Shown here one piece after another: positions 27,983 through 37,456 of a stretch of 64,000 nucleotides of DNA. The stretch covers positions 32,998 to 96,997 of the forward strand of contig CALHAI010000008.1 in NCBI GenBank assembly GCA_937934295.1. Direction: 5' to 3'. A program made the position numbers and the translations under genes. The stretch is from an uncultured Blastocatellia bacterium. GTDB lineage: Bacteria; Acidobacteriota; Blastocatellia; HR10. The stretch's first letter is position 1. Every line of letters begins with the position of its first letter. The notes under the pieces are model-generated. The model was not told the DNA's origin, did no database searches, and worked only from the letters and a program-made list of their open reading frames with translations.

Positions 27983-28010
27983 ATTGTAACGGTTAGCCAA
28001 GGGTTGTCAA
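27983..28010 (-). promoter_or_regulatory. sigma70 promoter for the rfaH-like/lptD operon
   Basis: Minus strand TTGACA (28010-28005), N16, TACAAT (27988-27983). Confidence 0.7.
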
Positions 28011-28015
28011 GGACT

Positions 28016-28945
28016 TCAGCGCGGCGACGACTCGCCGCGCGTCGTGGCCAGTCGCATGGTCGCCAATCGGCCTCGCCGTTCTTCGATCAAATGCGCGCAA
28101 TGCAATACCGCCGTCATCTGAGCGCCAAAGAGCATGATGAGACTTGAAATGTAAATCCACGTCAGCGTCGCCACAACGGCGGCGATGGAGCCGTAGAGCT
28201 GATCATAGGGGAACTTCACGAGGCTCCACGCGAAGAGATACTTGGCGATCTCCCATGCGAGCCCCGCAATGAGCGCCCCCGGCAGAGCCTCGATGACGGT
28301 CACCCTCGTGTTCGGCAGGATCTTGTAGACGAGGAGGAAGAGGATCACCGTGAGCGCCAGGCCAACGAATCCGAAGACCACCTGCCAGAAATACCGATCT
28401 AAGATGAGCACCATTCCCGCCGCCGGCGGCGAGAAGCCGCTCATCTCCGACTGGAGGAAGGTGAGAAACCCCGTCATCAGCGCGGAGAGGACCAAGAGGA
28501 TCCCCACGACGACGAGCATCGCGAGCGTCAGCAACCGCCCTCGCACGAACGAGCGGCAGGGCGTGCGCCAGATGCGATTGATCGCTTTCTCCGTGATCGT
28601 GAACGCCCAAGAGGTGACCCAGAGGATGATGGCGAGACATGTGAGCACTTGTCCCCGCGAAAGCGAGGGGAAGGAGCCCAAATGCGTTTCGAGGACCTCA
28701 CGCGAGGCCGGTAAGAAGGCGAGGATGATCTCGATCGCCCGGAGATTCAACTCCCGGAACGTCGGATACTCCTGACTCAACGTGAAGAGAAGCAGCAAAA
28801 ACGGATAGAGACCGAGCATGGCGAAGTAGGAGATGGCCGCCGCCGAGGTCGGCAGCTCATTGGCGAGGAAATGGGAGAACGTGCTCGCGACGATCGCCCG
28901 CTTCGGCACCCCATTCCGCAATGTCGCAAAAGGCCCCTGTGCCAT
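28016..28945 (-). CDS. YihY/BrkB-family inner membrane protein
   Basis: AAAISYFAM...PFL, AINRIW, YKILPN, G-ALIAG..WE..K..F, LYGSIAAVV..L.WIY motifs. Confidence 0.92.
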   Translation of the reverse strand: MAQGPFATLRNGVPKRAIVASTFSHFLANELPTSAAAISYFAMLGLYPFLLLLFTLSQEYPTFRELNLRAIEIILAFLPASREVLETHLGSFPSLSRGQVLTCLAIILWVTSWAFTITEKAINRIWRTPCRSFVRGRLLTLAMLVVVGILLVLSALMTGFLTFLQSEMSGFSPPAAGMVLILDRYFWQVVFGFVGLALTVILFLLVYKILPNTRVTVIEALPGALIAGLAWEIAKYLFAWSLVKFPYDQLYGSIAAVVATLTWIYISSLIMLFGAQMTAVLHCAHLIEERRGRLATMRLATTRGESSPR

Positions 28946-28990
28946 CGGCGACGATCCCCCCTCCAACTCGGCGCGATGAAAGGCGGGTTA

Positions 28991-28999
28991 ATTATACCA
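28991..28999 (-). promoter_or_regulatory. Extended -10 promoter of the yihY-like gene
   Basis: Minus strand TGGTATAAT. Confidence 0.55.
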
Positions 29000-29135
29000 C
29001 ACCAGGAGAATGTGCAAAGGGGGAGGCCCCTCCTCGTAAGAACGAACGGCCCCCTTGATCCTTCGTCGCATCGCCACTCCGGTGCGAGAAGGGGCATCGG
29101 CACATGTGCGGGTGCCTGAAAAATCGACTCGCTTG

Positions 29136-29144
29136 TGCTACAAT
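29136..29144 (+). promoter_or_regulatory. Extended -10 promoter of the glycerate kinase gene
   Basis: TGCTACAAT ending 9 nt before ATG 29154. Confidence 0.55.
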
Positions 29145-29153
29145 GCGGGGGCG

Positions 29154-30485
29154 ATGAAGGAGGTGGCGCGGGATCTCTTTCTGCGGACGCTCGAGCGGAT
29201 TGACGTGCGCGCCGTCGTGCGTGCTCAGGTCGCGCTGGAAGGCGAACGGCTCGTGCTCTGCGGGGAGGTCTTCGATCTGTCCCTCTATTCGCGCCTCTTT
29301 GTGATCGCATTCGGGAAGGCGGCCCTCGCTATGGCGAGCGCCGTTCACGAGCTGCTGGGGCCACGCCTCACAGCCGGCATCGTCGTCACCAACACCCTCC
29401 CCGCACAGCACGATCTCCGCGAAGCGAAACACTTCGTCCTCATCGAAGGTGGACATCCCGTTCCTAACCGAGGGAGTCTGGAGGGAGCCGAGCGAATCAT
29501 GGAGCACCTCCGTACTGCCGATGATCGTACGCTCGTCATCTTCCTCGTCTCCGGAGGTGGATCGGCCTTGGTCGAGAAACCCATTGAGGACTCGATCACC
29601 TTAGACGACCTGCAGCAATTGAATCGAACTCTGGTCACCGCAGGAGCGACCATCGCGGAGATCAACGCCGTTCGGAAACATCTCTCGGCCATCAAAGGGG
29701 GACGATTGGCCGCCCTCGCTCATCCGGCGCGACAGGTGACACTGTACATCTCCGATGTGAACCCCGGCGATCTCTCCTCCATCGCCTCGAATCCGACGGG
29801 ACCCGATGAGACGACGCTCGACGATGTCTATCGGGTGATCGAACGCTACGATCTCCTGCCGCGCCTCCCCGAGCAGATCGCCCGCCTCATTCGGGAGCGC
29901 CGCTTGTGCGAGACGCCGAAGCCGGGTGATCCGATCTTCTCGCGCAGTAGCTATCACGTGCTCATGGATAACCGAACGGCTCTCCAAGCGGCGGCTGACA
30001 TCGCAGCGTCGCTCGGATTCCGCGTGAGCGTGGATCCCGAACCGTATGAGGGGTATTACCGCGACGTGGCCGATCATCTCCTGGCTCGACTCGTCGCCAT
30101 GCGCGAGGCGCACGTGGGAGAACCCGTGTGCTTGATCGCCGGTGGCGAAGTGAGTTGCCCCGTACGGGGGTCGGGGATCGGGGGACGGAATCAGGAGTTC
30201 ACCCTTTATGTGGCGCTCCGACTCCCCGAGTTGGCCGCTGGCGGCGAGATCGCCGTGCTGAGCGCCGGCACGGATGGGATTGACGGGATCAGCCCGGCTG
30301 CCGGGGCTGTCGCTGATGCGCAGACGGTTGCTCGTGCGCGCGCTCTGGGACTTGATCCGGAGCGCTTCCTCCGGGAGAACGACTCCTACACATTCTTCCA
30401 CCTGCTGGGCGACGCAGTGGTCACGGGCCCGACGGGGAATAACGTCCGCGATCTTCGCATCCTTTTGGCGCGACGGCTACCGTGA
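29154..30485 (+). CDS. Glycerate 2-kinase (class II, TtuD/MOFRL family)
   Basis: FGKAA, GGHPVP, LVSGGGSAL, KHLSAIKGG, ISDV, GGE, GGRNQE, GTDGIDG, TGPTGNNVRD. Confidence 0.94.
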   Translation: MKEVARDLFLRTLERIDVRAVVRAQVALEGERLVLCGEVFDLSLYSRLFVIAFGKAALAMASAVHELLGPRLTAGIVVTNTLPAQHDLREAKHFVLIEGGHPVPNRGSLEGAERIMEHLRTADDRTLVIFLVSGGGSALVEKPIEDSITLDDLQQLNRTLVTAGATIAEINAVRKHLSAIKGGRLAALAHPARQVTLYISDVNPGDLSSIASNPTGPDETTLDDVYRVIERYDLLPRLPEQIARLIRERRLCETPKPGDPIFSRSSYHVLMDNRTALQAAADIAASLGFRVSVDPEPYEGYYRDVADHLLARLVAMREAHVGEPVCLIAGGEVSCPVRGSGIGGRNQEFTLYVALRLPELAAGGEIAVLSAGTDGIDGISPAAGAVADAQTVARARALGLDPERFLRENDSYTFFHLLGDAVVTGPTGNNVRDLRILLARRLP

Positions 30486-30630
30486 TGGCCTTCGCCCCGC
30501 GATGCGAAGAAGTCTCCAGACCTTCCCCGTGGATCTCGGTCCGGAGCTTCGACGGACCATTCGGAAGGCGCTCGGTCTGGACCTCCCATGAGTTGCTGCA
30601 TCTCCGGGCATGATGGATCAAGAGCGTCCG

Positions 30631-33102
30631 TCACGTCTGGGACTTAACGGTCTTCTTAAGAGCCTTCTGCGAACGTCCATGTCGGGCGCCCACCGTGAGT
30701 CGTCGCTGATGCCCGTTGCGATCCCCCGCCGGAGATGCTCCGAAAACATGTTGCAGGACCTCATCAATCGTCTCGACGGGAAGGATCGTGAGATCGGTCC
30801 GCACCTCCGGGGGCAGCTCATCCAGCTCTTGGAGATTCGGTTTGGGGAGGATGACCGTCTTGATGCCGGCGCGCCGTGCGGCCAGGACCTTCTCCTTCAC
30901 CCCTCCGATGGGGAGCACCAAGCCCGAGAGAGTGATCTCCCCGGTCATCGCCACATCGGCGCGCACGGGGCGCTTCAAGTAGAGCGAAGCCAGTGCGGCG
31001 ACCATCGTCACGCCAGCCGAGGGGCCATCCTTCGGCACCGCTCCTGCCGGGACGTGCAGATGCACGCCATTTTTCTCAAAGAGTGAGGGGGCGATCCCCA
31101 ACTCGCGCGCGTGCGCCCAGAGATAGCTTTGAGCGGCGCGCGCCGATTCTTGCATGACCTCACCCAACTGCCCGGTGAGCGTCAGCCCCTTGCCACCGGG
31201 CAATAATGTCGCTTCGACGTAGATGACTTCCCCACCGGTCTCCGTCCACGCCAGCCCCGGCGCCACACCCGGAGGCAGCGTCTTCCGCGCCTGCTCGGAG
31301 AAGAACCTCTCCGGCCCGAGGTACTCCTTCACTTCGGCGATGTCCACGCGGACGGCCGTCACCTTCCCTTCGGCGACCTTTCGCGCGACCTTGCGCGCGA
31401 TCTGCCCGATGCTGCGTTCGAGCTGCCGCACGCCGGCCTCGCGCGTGTACCGAGAGATGATGTGTCGCAGGGCGTCATCGGTGAGCGTCAACTGTTCCGG
31501 CTGCAGCCCGTTCTCACGGATCTGCCGCGGCAGTAAGAACCGACGCGCGATCTCGAACTTCTGCTCCTCGCTGTACCCCGGCAAAGGGATGACCTCCATG
31601 CGATCGCGCAAGGCGGGAGGAACCGTCGTCAGCGTATTCGCCGTGCCAATGAAGAAGACGCGCGAGAGATCGAACGGTAAGTCGAGATAGTGATCTCGAA
31701 ACGTGTGGTTCTGCTGCGGATCGAGCACCTCCAAGAGAGCGGCCGCCGGGTCTCCGCGGAAATCCACGCCGAGCTTATCCACCTCATCGAGCATGAGGAC
31801 AGGGTTATTCGTCCCGGCTCGACGCAGCGCTTGAATGATGCGCCCCGGCAAGGCCCCCACATACGTTCGACGATGTCCTCGCAGCTCCGCTTCATCGCGG
31901 ACGCCCCCTAGGCTCATGCGTTCGAACTTCCGCCCCAGAGCGCGCGCGATGGATTGTCCCAGACTCGTCTTCCCCACACCCGGCGGTCCGACAAAGCAAA
32001 GGATCGGACTCTTAGCTCCCGGCTTGAGCTTGAGCACGGCCAAGAATTCGAGGATGCGATCCTTCACTTCCTCCAGGTCATAGTGGTCTTCGTCTAAGAT
32101 CTGACGCGCATGCTCCAAATCGAGATTGTCCTCCGTGCTCTTACGCCAGGGCAGTTCCAGAATCCACTCCAGGTACGTGCGGATAACGTGATAATCCGGC
32201 GCCGTCACCGGCAGTCGCTCCATACGACGCAATTCGCGTTCGGCTTCGGCGCGCACCTCATCGGGGAGATCGGCCGCTTCCAGCCGCTCCCGCAGGAGGT
32301 TGACCTCGGCCATCTCCGGCTCTTCCTCGCCCAGCTCCCGCTGGATCGCTTTCAACTGCTGGCGCAAGAAGTACTCCCGCTGGGCGCGATCCATCTCCGC
32401 TTGCACCTCTCCAGCGACCTTCTGCCGCAACTCCAAGATCTCGATCTCACGCACGAGGTATCGATGGATCAAGCGCAGCAGCTCGCAGCGGGTCGGCGCT
32501 TCCAAAAGCGCTTGCTCCTTTTCCACATCGAGATTCAAGAGCGCGGCCAGCGTGAACGCCAACCGCACCGGATCATCTGTCGAAGTCGTGATAGCCGTCG
32601 CGACCTCTTGCGGCACGTTCGGCAACAGGTTCAGCCCGCGCTGAAGGAGATCGAGGATGTTCCGATGCAGGGCCTCAACTTCGATGCTCTCTTCCTCGGG
32701 AAACTCCACGACTTCGACCCGCGCCAAGAGGTATCGCTCGCCTTGACGATACTCCAGAACACGCATCCGCTCCATCCCGTGGACGAGGATTTGAATCGTA
32801 TCCTCAGAGGTGCGCAACATCTTCTTGACGACCACGAGCGTGCCAATCGTGTAGAGATCCTCCGGCGTTGGCTCATCTTCCACTTGACATCGTTGGGCCA
32901 CCGTGACGAGCCACCGCTCCTCAGTGGCTACCGCCGATTCCACGGCCGCGACCGACCGCCGTCGCCCCACCACCAGCGGAACCGGCATGAACGGGAAGAC
33001 CACCGTATTGCGAAGCGGCAACACGGGAAGCTCTAAGACCTTCTGTCCGGACGCCGTCGCCTCTTCCTTAAGCACCACGTTCGTGCCCTCTTTCACCCCC
33101 AT
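30631..33102 (-). CDS. lon: Lon protease (endopeptidase La)
   Basis: LON N-domain LPLRNTVVFP, Walker A GPPGVGKTS, GGVRDEAELRGHRRTYVGA, catalytic PKDGPSAG (Ser) and IGGVKEK (Lys). Confidence 0.97.
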   Translation of the reverse strand: MGVKEGTNVVLKEEATASGQKVLELPVLPLRNTVVFPFMPVPLVVGRRRSVAAVESAVATEERWLVTVAQRCQVEDEPTPEDLYTIGTLVVVKKMLRTSEDTIQILVHGMERMRVLEYRQGERYLLARVEVVEFPEEESIEVEALHRNILDLLQRGLNLLPNVPQEVATAITTSTDDPVRLAFTLAALLNLDVEKEQALLEAPTRCELLRLIHRYLVREIEILELRQKVAGEVQAEMDRAQREYFLRQQLKAIQRELGEEEPEMAEVNLLRERLEAADLPDEVRAEAERELRRMERLPVTAPDYHVIRTYLEWILELPWRKSTEDNLDLEHARQILDEDHYDLEEVKDRILEFLAVLKLKPGAKSPILCFVGPPGVGKTSLGQSIARALGRKFERMSLGGVRDEAELRGHRRTYVGALPGRIIQALRRAGTNNPVLMLDEVDKLGVDFRGDPAAALLEVLDPQQNHTFRDHYLDLPFDLSRVFFIGTANTLTTVPPALRDRMEVIPLPGYSEEQKFEIARRFLLPRQIRENGLQPEQLTLTDDALRHIISRYTREAGVRQLERSIGQIARKVARKVAEGKVTAVRVDIAEVKEYLGPERFFSEQARKTLPPGVAPGLAWTETGGEVIYVEATLLPGGKGLTLTGQLGEVMQESARAAQSYLWAHARELGIAPSLFEKNGVHLHVPAGAVPKDGPSAGVTMVAALASLYLKRPVRADVAMTGEITLSGLVLPIGGVKEKVLAARRAGIKTVILPKPNLQELDELPPEVRTDLTILPVETIDEVLQHVFGASPAGDRNGHQRRLTVGARHGRSQKALKKTVKSQT

Positions 33103-33111
33103 CCCCTCCTT

Positions 33112-33468
33112 TCATCCCCCCTCGCAAACCAGTCGGATGATGAGCAGCCCATTGAGATAGTCGGTCTCGATGCGCCGAAGATTCAGAGTGCGAGGGAACG
33201 AGACGATGCGTTCGAAGCGACTGTAGACCAGCTCCATCTGGTAGCACTCCAAACATTCGCCCAACTCCATATCGCGACGCACGCCACGAATATAGAGGTC
33301 CGCCCCATCAAGCGAGATCTCCACATCCTCCAGATTCACGCCCGCCAACTCGACCTTCACCAACCATCCATAAGGCGTTCGATAGACATCGGCGGCTGGG
33401 CTCCAGGTCATCTCAGAGGCCCGTTCGCTACGCATGAGCAGCCAAAGCAGATCGCGTCTCTCCGCCAT
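33112..33468 (-). CDS. Hsp20/alpha-crystallin small heat-shock protein
   Basis: WSPAADVY...VELAGV...LYIRG.R...ME..Y..FER...P...Y.NGLL.I alpha-crystallin pattern. RBS GGAG before ATG 33468. Confidence 0.9.
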   Translation of the reverse strand: MAERRDLLWLLMRSERASEMTWSPAADVYRTPYGWLVKVELAGVNLEDVEISLDGADLYIRGVRRDMELGECLECYQMELVYSRFERIVSFPRTLNLRRIETDYLNGLLIIRLVCEGG

Positions 33469-33488
33469 CGTCTTGCTCCCTTCTATGT

Positions 33489-34754
33489 TCACACGGCGCG
33501 AACCACGACGATCGTCAAATCATCAGATCGCGTTTCGGAATCCACATGCTGTCGCACATCCTCAATTATAGCGTCGCACAATTCGGAAGCGGAACGTCGA
33601 AGGTGACGCCGAACCACCTGCTCGAGCCGATGCACGCCATAAGGTTCGCCTTCTGCGTTCTCGGCCTCAGTGATACCATCGGTGTAGAGGATGAGGCTGT
33701 CCCCCGGCATGAAATACACGATGTCCTCTGAGAAAGCGGCGTTCTTCAAGACGCCAAGTGGGATGCCGCCGGTGGAGAGCAACCGAACCGGCTCGCCCTC
33801 ACGGATGAAGAGAGGCGGGTTATGCCCCGCGTTCAGATAGAACATCCGACGCCCCTCGGCATCCAACTCCCCATAGAACGCTGTGACGAAGTGGCGATCA
33901 TGCGTGCTCTCCAAAAGCAACCGATTCAGCCGGGAGAAGACCGCCCGCAAGGCGAAGTCGTTCCCCAAGAGCGCGTGCAGGGAGGCGCGGAATGTCGCCA
34001 TGATCAACGCCGCCGGAACGCCCTTGCCCGAGACATCGGCGATCACAATGCCCAGGCGCCCATCGGCCACATCAATGAAGTCGTAGTAATCGCCGCCGAC
34101 TTCGGCCGAAGGGATCATGCGTCCGAAGATCTCGAAATTCCTCACCACGGGCGCGCGCGCGGGCATGAGCGCTTCCATGACTTGCCGAGCGATGCGCAGC
34201 TCGCTCTCCAGACGCCGCTTCTCCAGCATCTCCCGATGGAGGTTGGCCTTCTCGATGGCAATCGCCACCAAGCTCGCGAAGAGCGTGAGCAACTCCAAGT
34301 CCGCCTCGCTGTACGCGTTCGGTATATCCGACTCCAGATTGATCACCCCAATGGTCTTCCCCCCACTCCCGATCAAAGGCGCAGCCAGTTCCGATCGCGT
34401 CTCCTCGCGCGCTCGAACATAATAGGGATCCACCGTGACATCGGGGACGACGCGCCCGCGACTCGTCTGCAAGACGTGCCCGACGATCCCTTCGCAGCAG
34501 TGGAGCGGACCGGCGCGCGCCAGATCCTCCGGATATCCCACCGTCTCGTATCCGTGGAGGAGTCCCGTCGAGGGATCGAAGATGAAAACGCCTGCCGCAT
34601 CATATGGGATGAGCTGCTGCACCGCGCGCAAGATCCCCTGCAGGATCTCGCCGAGGTCGAGTGAGACGCTCACCAACCGGAACGTGTGGATCAGCGTGTG
34701 CAAGCGTTCCTCGACAAGAAGCGGTGGCCCCACGCTGCGCTCTCGATCGTCCAT
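33489..34754 (-). CDS. GAF-domain PP2C/SpoIIE (RsbU-like) phosphatase
   Basis: N-terminal GAF (GIVGHV...TRSELAAPL...GVINLES); PP2C motifs VGGDYYD, IADVSGKG.PAAL, LYTDGITEA, DDLT. Confidence 0.93.
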   Translation of the reverse strand: MDDRERSVGPPLLVEERLHTLIHTFRLVSVSLDLGEILQGILRAVQQLIPYDAAGVFIFDPSTGLLHGYETVGYPEDLARAGPLHCCEGIVGHVLQTSRGRVVPDVTVDPYYVRAREETRSELAAPLIGSGGKTIGVINLESDIPNAYSEADLELLTLFASLVAIAIEKANLHREMLEKRRLESELRIARQVMEALMPARAPVVRNFEIFGRMIPSAEVGGDYYDFIDVADGRLGIVIADVSGKGVPAALIMATFRASLHALLGNDFALRAVFSRLNRLLLESTHDRHFVTAFYGELDAEGRRMFYLNAGHNPPLFIREGEPVRLLSTGGIPLGVLKNAAFSEDIVYFMPGDSLILYTDGITEAENAEGEPYGVHRLEQVVRRHLRRSASELCDAIIEDVRQHVDSETRSDDLTIVVVRAV

Positions 34755-34810
34755 GGCTCATCACCCGACCATTCGCCCGCGACGCCCCCGGCCATTTTCG
34801 CGCGACCCCT

Positions 34811-35533
34811 TCACCAGGGGAGGCGTCGCACGCGAAAATAATCGCGTCGCTTGAAGATGTGCACCAAGACGGCCCCGGCGACGAATCCCCCGATATGCGC
34901 CCACCACGCGACGCCGCCCGTCTGCGCCGATTCGACGCCGAGACTCAACATCCCATAGAAGAATTGTTGCACGAACCAGAAGCCGAGAAAGAAGAGGGCC
35001 GGAATCTCGATGAACTGCAAGAAGATCCAAATCGGGACGAGCGTCACCACACGCGCGCCCGGATAGAGCATGAAATAGGCTCCGAGCACGCCGCTGATCG
35101 CGCCGCTCGCCCCCAAACTCGGAACGCGCGAATCGGCATTGGTTATCACATGCCCCATCGTCGCCAGCACGCCACACAAGAGATAGAAGATGAGAAACCG
35201 AAAGTGCCCCATCCGGTCCTCGACGTTGTCTCCGAAGATCCAGAGATAGAGCATGTTGCCCCCAAGATGCAACCACCCACCATGCAGGAACATCGCCGTG
35301 AAGATCGGAAGGACCAGCTCCGAGGTCCCATACTCGTGAAAGGTCCCCCACCAATCGTAATATCCCCGCGCGAAATATCTCACGGGGACGACGGCATAGG
35401 CATAAAAAAACCGCTGGAGTTCCTCCGGCCCCAAGAACAATTCGTAAAAGAAGACGAGGACGTTGATGATGATCAGGACGACGGTGACGATGGGATACCG
35501 TCGAGATGGAATGTCATCGCGAATGGGTATCAT
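34811..35533 (-). CDS. Rhomboid-family intramembrane serine protease
   Basis: MIPIRDDIP N-terminus, MFLHGGWLHLGGNM, GASG (Ser), AWWAHIGGF (His). Confidence 0.93.
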   Translation of the reverse strand: MIPIRDDIPSRRYPIVTVVLIIINVLVFFYELFLGPEELQRFFYAYAVVPVRYFARGYYDWWGTFHEYGTSELVLPIFTAMFLHGGWLHLGGNMLYLWIFGDNVEDRMGHFRFLIFYLLCGVLATMGHVITNADSRVPSLGASGAISGVLGAYFMLYPGARVVTLVPIWIFLQFIEIPALFFLGFWFVQQFFYGMLSLGVESAQTGGVAWWAHIGGFVAGAVLVHIFKRRDYFRVRRLPW

Positions 35534-35640
35534 CGCCTCCCTCGCTCCACGCGGGCACGCGTCGCACATGCCCGAAGAGGCGGACGCTCACATCGGCATC
35601 GCACCGCCTCATGCTCACGGCTCCCTCGAGACAAGAAAAG

Positions 35641-35670
35641 ATCATAGCCTCATGGGCGAGGATCACGCAA
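35641..35670 (-). promoter_or_regulatory. Putative sigma70 promoter of the rhomboid-PP2C-hsp20-lon unit
   Basis: Minus strand TTGCGT (35670-35665), N18, TATGAT (35646-35641). Confidence 0.5.
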
Positions 35671-35729
35671 GGCGATGAGACTTCTCCCGCACCTTCGGAC
35701 AAAGGGCAGCTCCCTGCGCGAAGAGCAGG

Positions 35730-36311
35730 TCAGGAGAAGTGCCCACATAGCGCGAGGAAATTCCGGAGCAGAAGCTTTCCGGCCTGTCCCGTCATGATGG
35801 ATTCGGGATGAAACTGCACGCCCTCGCACACGAACTCTCGATGTCGCAGTCCCATGATCAAGCCGTCCGAAGACGTGGCCGAGATCTCCAAACACGAGGG
35901 CACCGACTCGCGCTCCACGACGAGCGAGTGATAGCGCGTGGCCGGGAAGGGATTCGGGAGATCGCGAAAGATCGTGCGACCATCGTGCATGATCATGCTC
36001 GTCTTCCCGTGCATGAGCACGGGCGCGCGCACAATGCGCCCGCCGAAGGCCCGCCCAATGGCCTGATGTCCCAAACAGACGCCGAGGATGGGGATGCGCC
36101 CGGCGAACGCCCGAATCACGTCCAACGTGACCCCGGCCTCTTCTGGCGTGCCCGGTCCCGGCGAGATCACGAGCGCCCGCGGCGAACGAGCCGCGATCTC
36201 CTCCACGCGGATCCGATCGTTCCGATAGACCTCCACCGCCGCGCCCAACTCAGCCAGATATTGCACGAGATTGAAGGTGAACGAGTCGTAGTTATCAATG
36301 ACGAGGATCAT
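35730..36311 (-). CDS. trpG: Anthranilate/aminodeoxychorismate synthase component II (glutamine amidotransferase)
   Basis: [37 protein letters not shown]. Could equally serve as PabA. Confidence 0.93.
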   Translation of the reverse strand: MILVIDNYDSFTFNLVQYLAELGAAVEVYRNDRIRVEEIAARSPRALVISPGPGTPEEAGVTLDVIRAFAGRIPILGVCLGHQAIGRAFGGRIVRAPVLMHGKTSMIMHDGRTIFRDLPNPFPATRYHSLVVERESVPSCLEISATSSDGLIMGLRHREFVCEGVQFHPESIMTGQAGKLLLRNFLALCGHFS

Positions 36312-37456
36312 CGCCCCTCCTCCACGCGCACGACGCGGAAGTGGATCGGCATCTTGGTCACCGGGGCTTTCTGAGCATCGGTCTCCAGTTTCTCGAATTT
36401 CTCCAAGACATCCATCCCCTCGACGACGCGCCCGAAGGCCGTGTATTTCCCATCCAGATGTGGCGCGCGCCCGAGGCAAATGAAGAAGATGGCGCTGCCC
36501 GAATTCGGATCCTCCGGCTTCATCTGAAGCATGCCCACGATCCCACGATCGAATTCGATCTGGCTGATCTCGGCCGGGAGGAATTCGCACGCCCAACCGC
36601 GCCCCCAGAGCGACCGATCTTCGCCGCGCGTCAGCGGATCGCCGCCAAGCAGCATATATCCGGGATAGATGCGATGAAACGTCGTCCCGTCGTAGAAGCC
36701 CCCACCGGCGAGCGCGACGAAATGCCGCGCATGACGCGGGGCGACTTCCGGCATCACCGCGATCGTGATCTTCCCCAAGGGGCTCTCCAAAACGACGCGA
36801 TACCTCTTCAACTCCTCCGGGCGCGCGAGCGGCGATGGGCGAATCCGCACTGATTTCATCACGATGCGCTGCGTGGCCAACCCCTCAGCATCAGTCGGCG
36901 TCTCGGCGATCCTCTCCACCACGTCCATCCCTTCGACGACGCGCCCGAAGGCCGTGAATTTTCGATCGAGCTGTCCCTGATCGGTGACGCAGATGAAGAA
37001 CTGTGAGCCCGCGCTATTTGGATTCCCCGGGCGTAAGACCGCGCCCACAACCCCTCGGGTGAAGGGATGCTCGTTGAACTCCGGCGGCAGCCGATCCAAT
37101 CCCCCTCGCCCCAATGCTTCGCGCGGCGTGCGCGGATTGCGACTCAGAGGATCTCCGCCCTGAATCAGGCTCTTCGGCAGGATGCGATGGAACGTCGTCC
37201 CATCGTAAAACCCCTGCCGCGCCAGATGGACGAAATACGCGACATGCCGCGGCGCATCCCGGACGAAGAATTCGATCACGATGGTCCCGAACTCCGTCTC
37301 GATGACTGCTTGAAGGTCTTTCAACTCCTCGACGTCAATCCGCTCCGGAGGCGGTGGCGCTTCCGCACCTGGGCGCCGCTGCGGAGCGACGCCCTCGGAA
37401 GGCCGCGCCACACTCCACAACGCCAATACCAGGAGAGCGATCTCTCGCGTCCTCAT
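36308..37456 (-). CDS. Secreted tandem two-domain cyclophilin-type peptidyl-prolyl isomerase
   Basis: Signal peptide; two copies of [10 protein letters not shown]...GGDP...NS(A)GS..FFIC...LD.K(F/Y)[12 protein letters not shown]. Confidence 0.92.
   Translation of the reverse strand: MRTREIALLVLALWSVARPSEGVAPQRRPGAEAPPPPERIDVEELKDLQAVIETEFGTIVIEFFVRDAPRHVAYFVHLARQGFYDGTTFHRILPKSLIQGGDPLSRNPRTPREALGRGGLDRLPPEFNEHPFTRGVVGAVLRPGNPNSAGSQFFICVTDQGQLDRKFTAFGRVVEGMDVVERIAETPTDAEGLATQRIVMKSVRIRPSPLARPEELKRYRVVLESPLGKITIAVMPEVAPRHARHFVALAGGGFYDGTTFHRIYPGYMLLGGDPLTRGEDRSLWGRGWACEFLPAEISQIEFDRGIVGMLQMKPEDPNSGSAIFFICLGRAPHLDGKYTAFGRVVEGMDVLEKFEKLETDAQKAPVTKMPIHFRVVRVEEGR

Noticed and set aside
30515-30581. 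SRP (4.5S) RNA
   Set aside because: It contains GGTCCGGA but lacks the rest of the helix-8 motif (TCAGG...GGAAGGAAGCAGC) on either strand.
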